From Scyliorhinus canicula (taxonomy: Eukaryota), in the NCBI RefSeq assembly GCF_902713615.1, contig NC_052148.1, forward strand, positions 235,189,336 to 235,253,335: 64,000 nt of DNA, written 5' to 3'. The notes below the pieces were generated by a model. That model saw only the letters and a program-made list of their open reading frames with translations. It ran no database searches and was not told where the DNA came from. The translations under genes were made by a program, and so were the position numbers. Shown piece after piece: positions 1 to 12,988 of this stretch. Within the stretch, counting starts at the first letter, position 1, and each line of letters opens with the position of its first letter.

Positions 1-195
1 CCCCTCCTCTGTCTCACCTAAAGATTCTATATCCCGGGATTGAGCTGCCAATCCTGCCCCTCCTTCAACCACATCTCCATGATCGTTACTATATCACAAT
101 TCCACATGTCCATCCTCACCCTTAACTCATATGTTTTACCTGTAATAGTCTTGGCATTAAAGTAGATGCCATCCAGCCTTGTCTTACTCCCTTGA
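1..195 (-). mobile_element. CR1-type LINE ORF2 fragment (start of APE endonuclease domain), degenerate
   Basis: Minus translation IYFNAKTITGKTYELRVRMDMWNCDIVTIMEMWLKEGQDWQLN resembles the CR1 APE N-terminus (YFNARS..K..EL..DIVAITETWL); runs off the window edge. Confidence 0.8.
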
Positions 196-196
196 A

Positions 197-439
197 ACTC
201 GAATGACAAGCGCTGCAGGTATACACGTGGCATGATGCGGCATCTCCTTCCCACCTCCTTCTCAGCCTGCTGGTGGCCAGCTCTCCATCCTCACTGGCTG
301 GCTCCTGTTCCTCTGGGGCAGGTTCGGCAGCTGCAGGGCCCTCCTTGGGCAGCTCCAGCTCGTACAGCCTCAGTGCATCCCTCAGAGCTGCAGCGGGTCG
401 GATGAAGGCCACCATTCCTTGTTGGATTTCAAAGTCCAT
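197..439 (-). pseudogene. PIF/Harbinger (HARBI1-like) transposase N-terminal fragment
   Basis: MDFEIQQGMVAF..ALRDALRLYELEL..EPAPEEQE, then in a shifted frame PRVYLQRLSFE; resembles the acidic leader and RVYR.R.SF motif of Harbinger transposases; truncated by the CR1 fragment. Confidence 0.6.
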
Positions 440-444
440 TGTCC

Positions 445-709
445 AGACATAGACATAGAATTTACAGTGCAGAAGGAGGCCATTCGGCCCATCGAGTCTG
501 CACCAACCCATGGAAAGAACACACTGCACCTCCACCCTATCCCTGTAAACCAGTAACCCCCACCAAACATTTTTGGACACTAAGGGCAATTTAGCGTGGC
601 CAATCCATCTGACCTGAACATCTTTAGACTGTGAAAGGAAATCGGAGCACCCGGAGGAAACCCACGCTGACACGGGAAGAACGTGCAGACTCCGCACAGA
701 CAGTGACCC
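445..709 (-). mobile_element. HE1-like V-SINE, 5'-truncated
   Basis: V-domain and CR1-like tail shared with the other SINE copies in the window. Confidence 0.9.
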
Positions 710-1191
710 TGACCTGCATTGCAGTCCCTGCCAACGTATTTCCCCACTCCCCCCCCCCCCACCCTCCCCAACACCCGGCCGTTCCCCAGACGCTCGGCCC
801 TCCACACCGCACCCCTGGCCCATTGGTGCCCAGCATCGTCCTAGCAGAACACCCCCCCCCCCCCCCCCCCCCCCCCCCGCCACCAGCCACACCTCTGGGA
901 ACATTTTCTACCTCCTCTCTCTCCTTCAGCAGCCACAGTGCTTGTTTCCTGATGTTTAACACCGCAAGTGAACCTCACTATCAGTAATTTCTCCTGGCGA
1001 AGGCAGAGCATCACGGAAGCCCCAGAGAATACTGGGACGGCCCCATTAATGATATGCCAACTGCGTTTACTGTACATGTGGAGTAGAATGCATTCATGCC
1101 GCTGTCAAGACACCGGAGCCAAAAGTTTCAGCTCAAGCACCAATCTCTGCCCAATCGCGTTTCTGGGCTCACTGGACCTAGAATCCCGCCC
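710..1191 (-). mobile_element. Harbinger-type element end (TIR-like GGGCGGGATTCT at 1191), poly-C tract ~851-878
   Basis: 880-1191 is homologous, in inverted orientation, to the first ~330 bp of MITE 2269-3151. Confidence 0.7.
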
Positions 1192-1284
1192 TAGATCTTA
1201 GTGCTAAGGGGAAGCTTGCCAATCTTCAAACCTTTGTATACACTCCAGGCACATCAATTATTATGGCTTGTTCATCTGAACAAT

Positions 1285-1490
1285 GGGCAAAATCTTCCAG
1301 CTGTTCACGCCAACTGGATCTTCCGGTCCCGCCGATGGCTCACCCCGCCAGGGTTTCCTGGCGGTGTGGGGTGGATTCAATGGGACATCCCATTGACAGA
1401 GGTGGGACCAGAAGATCCTGACATTGGCTCCGAGTGAGCCGCCTCCAGCTGCCGAGGAACACGTCGTGGGAAGGCCAGAGAATCTCGTCC
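1285..1490. mobile_element. Short Harbinger-type MITE
   Basis: Imperfect TIRs gggcaaaatctt / gagaatctcgtcc; 3-bp TSD AAT on both sides. Confidence 0.75.
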
Positions 1491-1659
1491 AATATTTTGA
1501 AATGAGGTAAAAATAAAATTGAGATATGAACTTGAATTGAGTGAGCATATTGTACTCTCATTTACTTATGAATGTATAATTTACAGAAATTAACATTATT
1601 AGGTCTTCATCTACTTTAAATTTAATAGATAAAATATAAGAATGATACATATGTAAACC

Positions 1660-1970
1660 ATGGTTCAAGTGGGAGCACTCCCGCCTGTGAGTCAGGAGGC
1701 TCTGATCGAGGCCCCAGCCTCGAACATATTCGAAGAGAAGTGAGGGAGTTATCCTCATTGCCCTGGTCAATATTTTCACCTCAATCAACATCATTTAAAA
1801 AGCAAGCTGTTCACAATTACATCAGTGTTTGTGGGATCTTGCGGTATCCAGATTGGCTAGTGCAGCTCGTGTGAAGTAACAGCGATCACACGTCAGCAGT
1901 ATTTCATTGGCTGGGAAGTGCTTTGGGACATCCTGAGGTGTTGGCGAAAGGTGCCATAATAAGTCCTTTT
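1660..1970 (+). mobile_element. Deu-domain SINE (SacSINE1/AmnSINE-like), degenerate
   Basis: tRNA-like head remnant, Deu-like core (ccctggtcaatattttcacctcaatcaacatca..gtttgtgggatcttg), tail gctttgggacatcctgagg; homologous to 24095-24528. Confidence 0.7.
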
Positions 1971-2268
1971 TGTTTGACGCGCTCCTCAACTTCACTTAAC
2001 CGTCCTTGCTCTTGGAGTGTCCACCAAACAAAACTCCTTTGCTGTCCGTGGTGAAGTTTTCAATTGACTCAGTATCCATAGCCCTTTGTTGGAAAAACTT
2101 CCAGATTTCCATAGATGCAGCTGTCCAACATTTGTTGGACACATTGCCAAAGAAACAATCAGTATTGAATGTCATATTAGTAAATATCCTGAATTCACAG
2201 ACCAGTCAATTTCCATGTACTGCGAAATCAGCAAAAAATTATTCATATGTAGTAGGTACAGAAATATG

Positions 2269-3151
2269 GGGCAGGATTCACCGCTGGCTGTCGCTGAAAT
2301 CGGGAACTGCAATTGGGCGGAGAATCGGTTCCGAAGCCAAAATCACGGCGGCGCCGATTTGACGCCAAATCGCAATTCTCCGTCACCTCGACAGCGGCGT
2401 CAATGCATTTTGAAACGCACTTACAGTAAACACCGTTTGCATCTCATTGGCGGGCCTGACACAGTATTCTCTGGGTCCTCCGTGATTCCCCATCTCTGAT
2501 GGACCGAGTTCCCGAAGGCGCAGTTCACTTGTGCTTTTAAAAATTGTGAAACCGGCTTGGTGGCTGGTATGGGAGAGAGAGGGGGTATGGAAAGTGTCCA
2601 CCATCGCCTTAGTTTGCTGACAGCGTGCCGCTGGTTGGGGGAGTCTGCCAGGTCCGGGGGAGTAGTGGGGCGTGGCCTGAAGGAGGGCTGTGGGATCGGG
2701 GTGGACGTGCACAGAACACCATTACCACAGCCGGCAAGGCAACTATGCAGATGCACACGCCGCTGACAGCCCACTGCGAACCTAGAGCCACGGGTTGTAT
2801 AGGTGTCCCCCCCAGGCCACCCCCTAAGGTGCCCTCTGGCCCCAGCCGACCCATCAGCTGTATGGGTGCGCTCCAGCATAACCAGTGCCATCTTGTTGGC
2901 TGGGATGGTGTGTGTGCGGAGTGTAATGTGTATATGCGGCTGCAGCTTGTCAGCCTCCCGAGTGTCAATCACAAACCCGGCGAATCCCGCACCGTTTTTC
3001 ATTGGAATCGATGGTGTTCCATGTGGTGCTGGTGCTCATCCCGTCACAGTTGTTGAATGGATCCAGGTCCGGCACCAGTTTTGCTGTCATGAAAGTCCAT
3101 GAATCCTGCCCTGGCGTCAACATGTAGTCTCAGTAACGTAAGATCCAGCCC
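2269..3151. mobile_element. GC-rich Harbinger-type MITE
   Basis: Ends gggcaggattc / gatccagccc; 3-bp TSD ATG (2266-2268, 3152-3154). Confidence 0.8.
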
Positions 3152-3831
3152 ATGGACCCTTTCTGGATGGACACCTACCATTAGCCTCAATGTTCAATTG
3201 CATGATGATAGGGTAACATTTTGAGGGCCCAGCTGTGACCCTCTCCCAGATCAGTGGCAAGAGTAGAAAGCTCCAGTTGACACACTGAGATTCGAAGATC
3301 AATGTCAAACCTACATCTCTGCTCTGTCTTGACAGCTTTTCCTTAATAAGTGTGCAATCCTGATTACGTTACTTAATTCTACAGAGACGTTATTAGGGCC
3401 GACTTTAGCCCTCCCTTCCTAGTGGAAATACTTATCTCTCAGGTTGGGTGGGAGAATTATTGTGCCACATGGAGAAGAGGCTCGGTAGTGAAAACCTTTC
3501 AGCTGTCACACTGCAGAGGTTTGGACTGGACCATCTGACTCAGTACCCACCCACATAACTCCTGGCTTAAACTAAAATCAACCATGTCGTTGAGCTTGTG
3601 TAGTACAAGAAGCTGGCATGTTTAGAGCAGACTGAATAGAATCTTATGCTAAGGTGCAATGGTAGCAGTTTGAACTAGAGTCTGACAGGAGAAGAGGGAG
3701 GTGACCAGAAGGCTGCATTTAGGTATGGACTTTTAGTGTATGTGGCCCAGAGAACTGACCAGAAACAATGGGACAAGTGGAGGAGGATGCAGAAAGGGTT
3801 GTCAGAAGAATGTAGAGCTCGGGAAAGGATT

Positions 3832-4050
3832 ATAGAAACATAGGAACAGGAGTGGACCATTAAGTCCATAAATTCTGTTCTGCCATTCAATTAGATCATG
3901 ACTGATGACTATCTCAGGCCCATTTAGGAACATAGGAACATAAGAATTAGGAACAGAAGTTGGCAATTCAGCCTGTTCAGCCTGCTCCGCCATTCAATCA
4001 GATCATGGCTGATCTCTTCCTGTTCTCAAATCGACCTTCCTACCTGTTTA
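3832..4050 (-). mobile_element. Two tandem CR1-type LINE 3' tails
   Basis: Two related segments, each beginning with aacatagg-type repeats followed by ccattcaat.agatcatg.ctgat. Confidence 0.7.
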
Positions 4051-4103
4051 ACCTGTTTTGATATCAGATATTTCCCTGCATTTGTTCCATATATTTTGAT
4101 ATA

Positions 4104-4425
4104 GGGGCGTACGGTGACACAGTGGTTAACACTGCTGCCTCACTGTGCCAGGCACCCGGGTTCAATTCTGGCCTTGGGTGACTGTCTGTGTGGAGTTTGC
4201 ACATTCTCCCCATGGCTGTGTGGATTTCCTCCGGGTGCTCCGTTTTCCTCCCACAGTCCAAAGATGTGCGGATTAGGTGGATTGGCTATGCAAATTTACT
4301 GGTAGTGCAGATTAGGTTACGGGGTGGATGGGGGAATGGACCTGGGTGGAGTGCACTTTCAGAGAGTTGGTGCAGACTTGATGGGTTGAATGGCCTCCTT
4401 CTGCAATGTAGAGATTCTATTCTAT
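4104..4425 (+). mobile_element. HE1-like V-SINE, full length
   Basis: A-box gacacagtggtt, B-box ggttcaattc, V-domain, ttctat tail. Confidence 0.9.
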
Positions 4426-4864
4426 CCTCTAAATCTATATTTGTCTCAGAAAAAAATATTGATCTAAGCCTTGGTAGCTTTAGTATTTGTAATTTTGTAA
4501 TCCTATAGTACCCATTTATTTTAATATGCTGACATGGTCGAGCAAGTCTAGGAGATTTGTTTATCTCAAATCCCATTTATTTTCTCCATCATTACTTCTT
4601 CACTTACGTTAACTCCAATAAATTCTTTCCTTTGATTTATTTTTTAGCTTGCCTTGTACCACTGCATTTTGTGCTTTCCTGTCACTGTGAAGACATATGC
4701 AAAGCATTCATTTAATAAGTCTGCCAATTATTATTGGTGATTACAGTATCATCTGCATTTGCCATCAATGGGCCCATGTTTCCCTTACTCTTTCTCTTTC
4801 TCTGTCTCTCTCTTTCTAAAACTTTACTGTCTGCCTTGATATTACATTTTTCCAACTCTTTCTC

Positions 4865-5080
4865 TGGGATCACCGTTGTGGGTCTTAGACGAGGTTGACC
4901 TTGATCAGGATTGATAGACATGGCTGGAGGCTGTTGGTAAATTTCACTTTTTATTGAACATTCTACAATGTACATTACAAGTCTTAACACGAGTCTTCAC
5001 AGAGAACTATCGCTCAGTATACTCTGCTGTCATATGACCTTACATCACTATTTACATACCGTTACATTATGCTTATAATA
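4865..5080 (-). mobile_element. Possible old solo LTR inside a decayed CR1 segment
   Basis: TG start, minus-strand AATAAA, imperfect flanks ttctc/ttcta; the other terminus is not canonical. Confidence 0.35.
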
Positions 5081-5451
5081 TTCTATTTATGGTTTTTCTT
5101 ACTTTTTATAGGTCTCCCAATTTATTGGTCTTCCAGTTCCTTTGAGTTTCTGTAAGACTTTCTTTTAGCTTTATGTTGTGTCTTATCTCATTTGTTGATC
5201 ATGGTTGTTCCATAAACAAAAGGTGTGCAATGGTCTTGTATTATGCCAAATGCTTCTTTGAATACACCGCACTGTTGGTATGTAGGATCACCCATTCTCA
5301 ATTCAGCCCAGTTTACTGGGGTCAGCTTTTGTCTCAGGCTTTGTCGCCTTATTTAAGGAGGAAGAATGAAAGAGGCAACTTCCTCTCTGAGTGATAGACT
5401 AATAAATGAGGCTGGGGAATGTGGATTCGGGGGAAAGGAACAGAGTGGGAT

Positions 5452-5545
5452 ATTAGAACATAGAAAAATACAACACAGAACAGGCCCTTCCCATCGAGTC
5501 TGCACCGGCTCCCGGAAAGAGCACCCCACCCAAGGTCAACACCTC
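5452..5545 (-). mobile_element. HE1/CR1 3' tail fragment
   Basis: agaacatagaaaa..ccatcgagtctgcaccggctcc..gagcacccc. Confidence 0.75.
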
Positions 5546-5645
5546 AGTTGCCTTCAAGACAGAAAACAGAGAATGGAAGTGAAAGGTAGTTATTCAGAGT
5601 GGCAGAAGGTGGGAAGTGGTGTTCCACAAGTATCTGTGTTGCGAG
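5546..5645 (+). mobile_element. CR1 RT fragment
   Basis: Translation LQDRKQRMEVKGSYSEWQKVGSGVPQVSVL (GVPQGS motif region). Confidence 0.75.
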
Positions 5646-6629
5646 TGCTAATGGTTCTACCCCTGGCAAACCTACCCAGTCAAATGAATGGTTAGCTTAA
5701 AACTTCAAGAGAAATTTCAGATCATTAAGGGAATTTAGTCAGTTTTACAAGCTACAGAATGGGTCCTGAAATGAAATGTCCTGCCTCCTAGGAATTTTCA
5801 AACTAACAAAATGATCTCAGCGTAAAATGTATGTAAAGGTACATTATAGAATAAAAAACTCTTTTTACTCCTAACTTAAGAATTCTGGGATATTATAATC
5901 TATATGTGAGCTCGTGAGGATCTAAATGTGAGACTACAACTCTTTCATACTTGCTTATGAATATTTATTATAATATATCAATTATTGATTACATCATAGT
6001 CTTGAATACTATCTCATATAATAGATGATAATTAAAACCAGTTATCATATGGCAATTCTACTTAAGAATACATACAATGTTTAAATCCACCATAAGTAAT
6101 AGTTTGGATTTTCAAACAAATATTGTTTTGAAGAAGGTTATACTTACAATCCAGTATAATTTCTCAATACCATGGAGTGCCCTTTTCTAAATATTTTCTG
6201 GGGAATTCTCTGAGAGTTCAAACCTCTGCTGCCTAAAGATGGCTGACCTATGTCTCTGTAGAAGTTACAAAGCAAGCTGCTATTGTGCATTGTACTCTAC
6301 AAAACTGATGATTTTAAAATAAGTCTTATCAATCTTTTCTTGAATCCTTGAGCGTCATGTTGTTTACTATTGACCTTCTTACAGGTGTTTGACTTTCTTC
6401 CAATAGCAAGGCATTCAAGGTTTTTTAAATGAGTTTCTGTGCTTTCTGTGCCTTGTGTTGACTAGCTTTTTGGCAGTGCTTCATAATATAGTTTACTTTG
6501 TAGTTCAGTAATGTTATTACCACCTCACTTTTTAAAATAAATGCGGCACTTCCTTTCCAGGAAAACTGCTGTTCACAAAATAAAGTAACAATCTGGACTT
6601 TGAAATCAAAAACACAATTTCTAAATATG

Positions 6630-7395
6630 AAAATAACACAAGACTGGAGTAGTCAATGCAGAGGTGAATGAGAGGATATGAATAGAGTTGAAGAATGGTC
6701 AAATAATTGGGAAATTAAGTTCAACACAGATAAATGTGAGGTAGTATATTTTGATAGGAAGAATATGGAGCCCACTTATTACTTGGAAGGTGCAAGTCCA
6801 GGAGGGGTTGAGGAACACAGGGATCTTGCGTACTCATGAACCAATCAGTAAAAGTTGTGCCACAGGTTAGCACGGCCATCAAAAAACAAACCAAGCTCTC
6901 GGCTTTATTTCTTGAGGAATATCATTTAAAAGTAGCTCGGTATCAAACCTAGGTTAGACCACACTCAGCACTGTGTGAAGTCCTTGCTGCAATATTATTA
7001 AATAGCAGATATATATGAAGGCAATGCTGAGGGTGTAGATAATACCACAAATGTGTGGATATAGATATTAGGAAAGGATTGATAGGATAGATGTCTTTTC
7101 TCTTGAAAAAAGAAGGCTAAATGGTGATCTAAATGATTAAAGGTTTGATAAAGTGGATGCAGAGAGAATGTTTCCTCTTGTAAGGAAGAGCATAACTAGA
7201 GGTCATCAATGTAAGATAGTCACCGTGAAATCCAATGCAGTGTAGATGTGTTTATGGGGAAAATAGGCATACAACCAAGAAGACAGGAATAAAGGATTCA
7301 AATCATAGATTTAGATGAGGAAAGATAGAAGGAGGTTCAAATGAAACATAAACACCAACATGGACTGGTTGGCTTGAATGGCTTGTATCCTGTGG
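6630..7395 (+). mobile_element. CR1-type LINE 3' part, heavily decayed
   Basis: KFNTDKCEVVYF and SLEKRRLNGDL-like motifs; CR1-like tail near 7360-7390. Confidence 0.75.
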
Positions 7396-7974
7396 AATCC
7401 TTTGAAATTCAATGCTGAAGGTTCTTTATTATACTTTCAGTTTTTAGGGCTGGAATATTCTGTTCTGGACTAAGTCCTGTGTTGGGTGTGGGAAGTTGGA
7501 ATTTTCGCTGAAGTACAGGGCAGGAGAACACATTGAATCATACACTATTTTCCTCACTAATTATGCAGCCTTGAGGCTTGCGGTGGAGCGTTGGGTGTTG
7601 TACGCCCCACCGTCATGTTCCGGCACCATATTTAAAAGGCACCTGGACAACCATTCATTCATTACCAAGCCTTTAGGGGACACAAAATGTCAATGAGAAG
7701 ACAGAAAACCCCAGACCCATGCTTCTCCCCCCTGGAGAACCTCCTCCAGGTCGTTGAGGAAAGGCTGAATGTCGTCTTCCCAAGGGATGGCAACAGGAGG
7801 CCTACTCTATTCGTCTGATCAAGGTGGCCTGGGAGGAGGTCACAGGGCTGATCAGAACCGTGGGATCCAAAAGAGGACAGCTCTGAAGTGCAACAATGGA
7901 TGAATGATCTCATTAGTGCTGCTAGGGTAAATGATCCTTCCACTGACTCCCCAAACTCACGTCACCATTCCTTT

Positions 7975-8815
7975 CGTCATTCAGTCATGGGATGGGGTGT
8001 CACAGGCAAGAACACCATTTGTATTGTCCACCCCTAAGTGCCTTTGAACAGATGGTAGGGTGCTGCCTCCTTGAACTGCTGTAGTCCTTAAACTGCTGCA
8101 GTGCTGTTAGGGAGGCAACTGTAGGACCCTTTGTGGTGAATGTGTAACCACTATAAATTCACACTGTACATTACTGTGTCCCTGTGGGCTCCATCTGTGA
8201 GCCGTTGCGCGGCTCTGCCCACAGGGGGAGATGAGGAGCATGTACAGGGCTCCGCCCTTGGCTCCGCCCCCAGCAGGAAGTATAAGTGCTGCGGTCCTGC
8301 GAGTCCGCCCTCAGTTCAGCATAGTCGCAGGCAGGCTCAGTTGTAAGCCAATTAAAGCTACAGTTTACTTCAACTCGTGTCTCTGAATGAATTGATGGTC
8401 GCATCACCCTTTCCCATTCACATTGAAGGCACAGCCATGTATGGAGTGGAGCGTAATTTGCAGGTGGGGGTGTTCCCATGAATCTGCTGCCCTGTCCTAG
8501 CTGGTAGAGGCTATGGGTTCGGAAGGTGCTGTTGAAGGAGCTTTGGTAATTCTGCTGCAGTGCGTCTTGTACACGGTACACGCTGCTGCCACTGCGCGCC
8601 AGTGGTGTAGGGAGTGAATGTTGAAGGTGGTGAATAGGATGCCGAACAAGCAGCTGCTTTGTCCTGGATGGTGACGAGGTTCTTGAGTGTCGTTGGAGCT
8701 GCGCTAATCCAGGCAAGTAGAGAGTATTCAGTCGCACACCTGACTTGTGCCTTGTACATGTTGGACTGGCTTTGGGGAGTCAGACATTTAGTAATTAACC
8801 ACAGAATTAGCAGCC
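7975..8815 (-). mobile_element. 3' fragment of APE-RT LINE (same family as 37926-40792), interrupted by a solo LTR
   Basis: YKAQVRCATEYSLLAWISAAPTTLKNL.TIQDKAA plus the family tail. Confidence 0.85.
8132..8406 (+). mobile_element. Solo LTR (275 bp)
   Basis: TGTGG...CATCA termini, 5-bp TSD CCCTT, TATA-like gtataag and ATTAAA. Confidence 0.9.
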
Positions 8816-11744
8816 CGCAACCTGATCTTTCATCATGCACATTCTCAATCCATTTATCTGTCATTATGCAGGAGATGGTGGCCCACAACAGGAGGGAGGG
8901 GGACAAGGCAGGAGGTCGGATGCCTGAGTTCCGGACATTATTCAACTTGAGCAGCAGGGTGCCGAGCTGGCAGGCGAGGATCGAGACCATGCCTGTGCTG
9001 ACAGTGAAGTCAGCCTCCACCAAGAATCTAGTGAGGACGGCAGCATTATTTTAAGAACGTAGGAATACTGAGATGATTGATGCGCACAAGGTTTGAGCCA
9101 GCATAGACAGTCATTCATTCTTTCTTTTCTCCATTCGGGGTGCCACAGGAAAAGGATGAGGCCAACCTCCACACCAGAAATAATCTCCAGTCCCCAGGAG
9201 ACATCGGAGGAAGACAATCAAGGCTTCACTCCTGTAGAGCCATCGCAGCTTTCAGCAGCACCCGCCATTCACCCAGAACCACACACCCTGGTGGGTCATA
9301 TATCTAGTAGTGACAGCCAAGGTCACTAGTATTCGGAAGAGTGCTGGTGAAAAGGCACCTCCTAGCCAGAATCAGGTAATGAGCCTGTGGAAGTGGCCAT
9401 AAAAAAATATGTTGCAGGTTCAGAGAGACCCATGGGATCATCAATCAGCAGTGCCAGGGGACCTCAACAGAGAGGCACAAGAGATGGAGAAGGCCGCCTG
9501 CATTTTCTTTGATGTTGGCATGTGACCTTGTGGAAGTCTCTATGGAGAGGATGGCAGACGCCTTGGAGACCCAGATCTGGCAGTTTCTACCACATCTGCG
9601 CTTGTACCTACACACCACTGTTGTAGCCAAGGCTGCAAAACAGCAGTGGTTAGGCAAATGGACGATGGGGGACCTCCCTCCAAGTTCCCCTTCTCCTCAA
9701 GGAGTTAGGAAGGGGCTTTTAGGCACTCAAAGGGAGCATCAGGCAGGCACCCCAGGGGCCTCCACCCAGGACACTACGAGGATGTCCAGAAATTCTCAAT
9801 CTCCTCTGCCTGCGGCCCATCATCTCCAGCTGCTCAGGCTGCAGAGGATGCACCTGTTCCTCAGCAGGCGGCCTAAACAAGGTCGTGGCCCTCCGAATTT
9901 CTAGAGGATGCCCACCAAAGTCATCACAGACAAGAGGGAATAGTAGTCAGCATGCTGCTTCCACCTGTGCTGGGGATGTCAGTAGTCAGCAGCTGCCCAA
10001 GCAGTGCAGTATGTAAATTCGTCTTGCATTGCTGCCGAGAGATAGGGCTTCACTGCTGCTCATTTCTCTGGCAACAATTGAAGGGTGAAGCAGAGTCTCT
10101 AAAAATACAACAAAGAGCCTTTTCACTTGTCAAAGAATTCCCTGCTGCAGGCATACCCAGGGTGGTCACAATCCAATGGCTAGAAAGAGGAATTCCCCAG
10201 AGTATGACCCTGGGCAGGTTTTTCTTGGCTGTTCCTTCCATTTTGTTCCTCCTCACTTGTGTCTATTACTTAATTTGATCCATTTTCATCAAACATACTA
10301 TGTGAGGGTGCTTGGATCCGAGATTTTAATTAAAGTGAAACTGTGTGATGAATCTCCACAAAAATATGTAGAAATACAGATTAAAACTGTGAAGTACTTA
10401 CACATGGGGTTGCCATTAGCTGATATCATAAAGATCTTAGAGGGAAAGGAAAGGAAGATGCATTGCAAGGGTTTGTAATGTAATGCAATCTAAGCACGAT
10501 AATATGTTAATATATTGTGTGACTATTGTGCAATGCATTATGGAGGCTGTAAGGGAAACAATGAGATTAATAAAATCAGGGTAATTTCTAGGTGGTGACA
10601 GCGTACTCCTGAGCTCTCCCTTTAATGTTCCTTCCACAAATTCCAGGCCATAAATGCTGAGGGCCGTCTCCGAGAATCTCAGCAACTCTTTCAAATTGGC
10701 AGGTGTCCCGCCAATGCACTCATGGTGGCTGCGAACAGCCTTCTTCTGGAAGCACTCTAAAGACATCCAGATGTTGGAACTTGGCAGAGCACCCAGACAG
10801 GCAGCCCTGCGGCCAGTCCCCATCCCACCCCATGAGAGCGCATTCCGATGCAGCACGCATGGAGTTCCTGGCGTCAGTGTTTTTTTTGAACATTTTATGT
10901 GTCGCAGTACAAGCTGTTAGCGGTGCACAAAGGAAGTGCGCCCTGCAGGAGTGTGCAGAAATGGCTGCCTGCGCATTGTGCAGGCTACTGCCCTGAGCTC
11001 ACTGCGGCTCATGACTTTAGTTAGTAATAGGCCGCACTGTAGTTAAGTGTGCAAAAGTGGTTGCTCTGACAAGGACTAGATGCCAGGGAATGCCTTCCTT
11101 ATTTGGGGCTCCTCCTCAGACGCACCCTCTGCGGTGGCAGTTCCTGCTACAGCACTTCAAAGGTGTCATCATCCAAAAACATTTCCTTCAAATGTTATTT
11201 TGAATCCATTGGGTATTCAAGCAGCCATTTTTCAACCAAGCAAAGAAAGTGGAATCTTTTGTATTTAGTCCCTGTCAAAATGACTGGAACATTTGCCAGT
11301 AAACAGCCCAATTTAGTAATTAATGTGTTTAACCAAGGCAGCTTCCGGGTCTGTCACTCTTATATGGGGGCCCTGCTGCAGGATCTTGAGGGGTATGTAT
11401 AAGGTGCTATTTCCTAAAGGTAGGAGGAATAGGATTGTCTCTCCAACCAAGTAAGAGTGGATCCGAGTGAGGAAATCCACAGCAGGAGTGCGATCCCTCA
11501 TACCTGGCAAAGTGCACCAAGAGGATCCAGGGCCTCAGATATCATGACAGGTGAGTAGTGTTATAATATGCCTCGAAGGGACTGCAGTATGGCATCATTA
11601 GAAATGGAAATGTGTTATGCAATCCAGTTTTTCCTTGCCTTTTGTTTCCAGTAGTGCCCATACACACACAGCTCTGCAACTGTGATGTCTTCAAGTTTTA
11701 TATCAGCTTCTGTTTAATGGTAACCACAGGGATGTTGATAGTAG

Positions 11745-12452
11745 GGCACCACACAAGAGCAAGGAAATGACCATCTCCAACAAGAGAGAATCTAACCATC
11801 GCCCCTTGACATTCAATAGCATTACCATAGCTGGATCTCCCACTATCTGCCTGGGGGTTACCCTTGACCAGAAACTGAACTTGACTAGCCATATAAATAC
11901 TATGGCTACAAACTTGCAGTGAGTAACTCACCTCCAGACTCTCAAAACCTGTCCACCATCAGCAAGGCAGGCAGGTGTGTGATGAAACACACTCCACTTG
12001 CCAGGATGAGTGTAGCTCCAACAACACTCAAGAAGTTTGACACCATCCAGGACAAAACAGCTCACATGATTGGCATCCATTCCAAAAACATTCACTCCCT
12101 CCACCCAACAGTGGCAGTCATGTGTACTACCTACAAGATGCACTGCAAAAACCCACCAAAGTTCCTTAGACAACACATTCCAAACCCATGATCATCACCA
12201 TCTAGAAGGACAGGAATAGCAGACATATGGGAAGATCCCCTCCAAGTCACTCACCATCATGACTTGGAAATATATTCTTGCACTGTCGCTGGGCCAAATT
12301 CCCTCCCTAACAGCACTGTGGGTGTACTTAGACCTCAGGGTCGGCAGCGGTTCAAGAATGCAACTCACGCCACATTCTCACGTGCAACTAGCGATGGGCA
12401 ATTAGTGCTGGCCTAGCCAGTGACACCCACGCCTTGTAAACAAATTTTTAAA
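11745..12452 (+). mobile_element. 3' fragment of APE-RT LINE (37926-40792 family)
   Basis: APTTLKKFDTIQDKTAHMIG..YKMHC; tail gggcaattagtgctggcctagccag. Confidence 0.85.
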
Positions 12453-12988
12453 AACGCAACAATGGTAATGCCATTGTATGGTATTAGTAACAGACTGAAT
12501 CTAATTGCCATGCCTTTGCAATGCAGGACAAAAAAGTTTTTGTGCTTATCCCATACCTTCAAGGCCATTGCTGCAACTTCCTTAAAGTATCTTGAGATTC
12601 ACTACAAGCTGTGAAGGTATATTCCTATATTTTCTCTTTGTATCACATTCTCCCTGAACCCTTCCATATATTCGCCATCCATTACCCCTGCAACCTTTAG
12701 TAGAATTTTTAAACTCTGAAAACAAGGATGGGCAAATTGCTGATGTAGAAACAATTTGTTTGTTGTCCTTTAAACTCCTACTCTGATATCATCAACTCTT
12801 CAGGGATTTTAAGATGTCATCTTCCCCAAACCTGAAGGAAGTAGAGCTTTCATATCCGTTAACATGACTTCAGCCTTCTCTATTTAAAGGATCCAGGTAG
12901 CACTTTAACCAATCCACTCCAGATACTGTGGACATACACCTACTGTCTAATACAGCACAGACTACCACCAGAACATCCATCACGGGAC

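Larger units (their letters stand above)
7447..9960 (+). mobile_element. Harbinger-type element carrying a decayed spliced Myb/SANT-like gene (exon 1 ~7687-7926, exon 2 from 8872)
   Basis: TIR-like gggctggaatattc after TTA; frameshifted PCFSPLENLLQVVEERLNVVFP.DG.RR / AWEEV / MNDLISAAR|gtaaat; acceptor tcattatgcag|EMVAHNRREGDKAGG. Confidence 0.6.

Noticed and set aside
122-904. 260-aa ORF as a gene
   Set aside because: Chimeric read-through of poly-G, SINE, transposase fragment and CR1
10100-10260. Possible exon MARKRNSPEYDPGQ
   Set aside because: Weak donor (gttttt) and no recognisable homology
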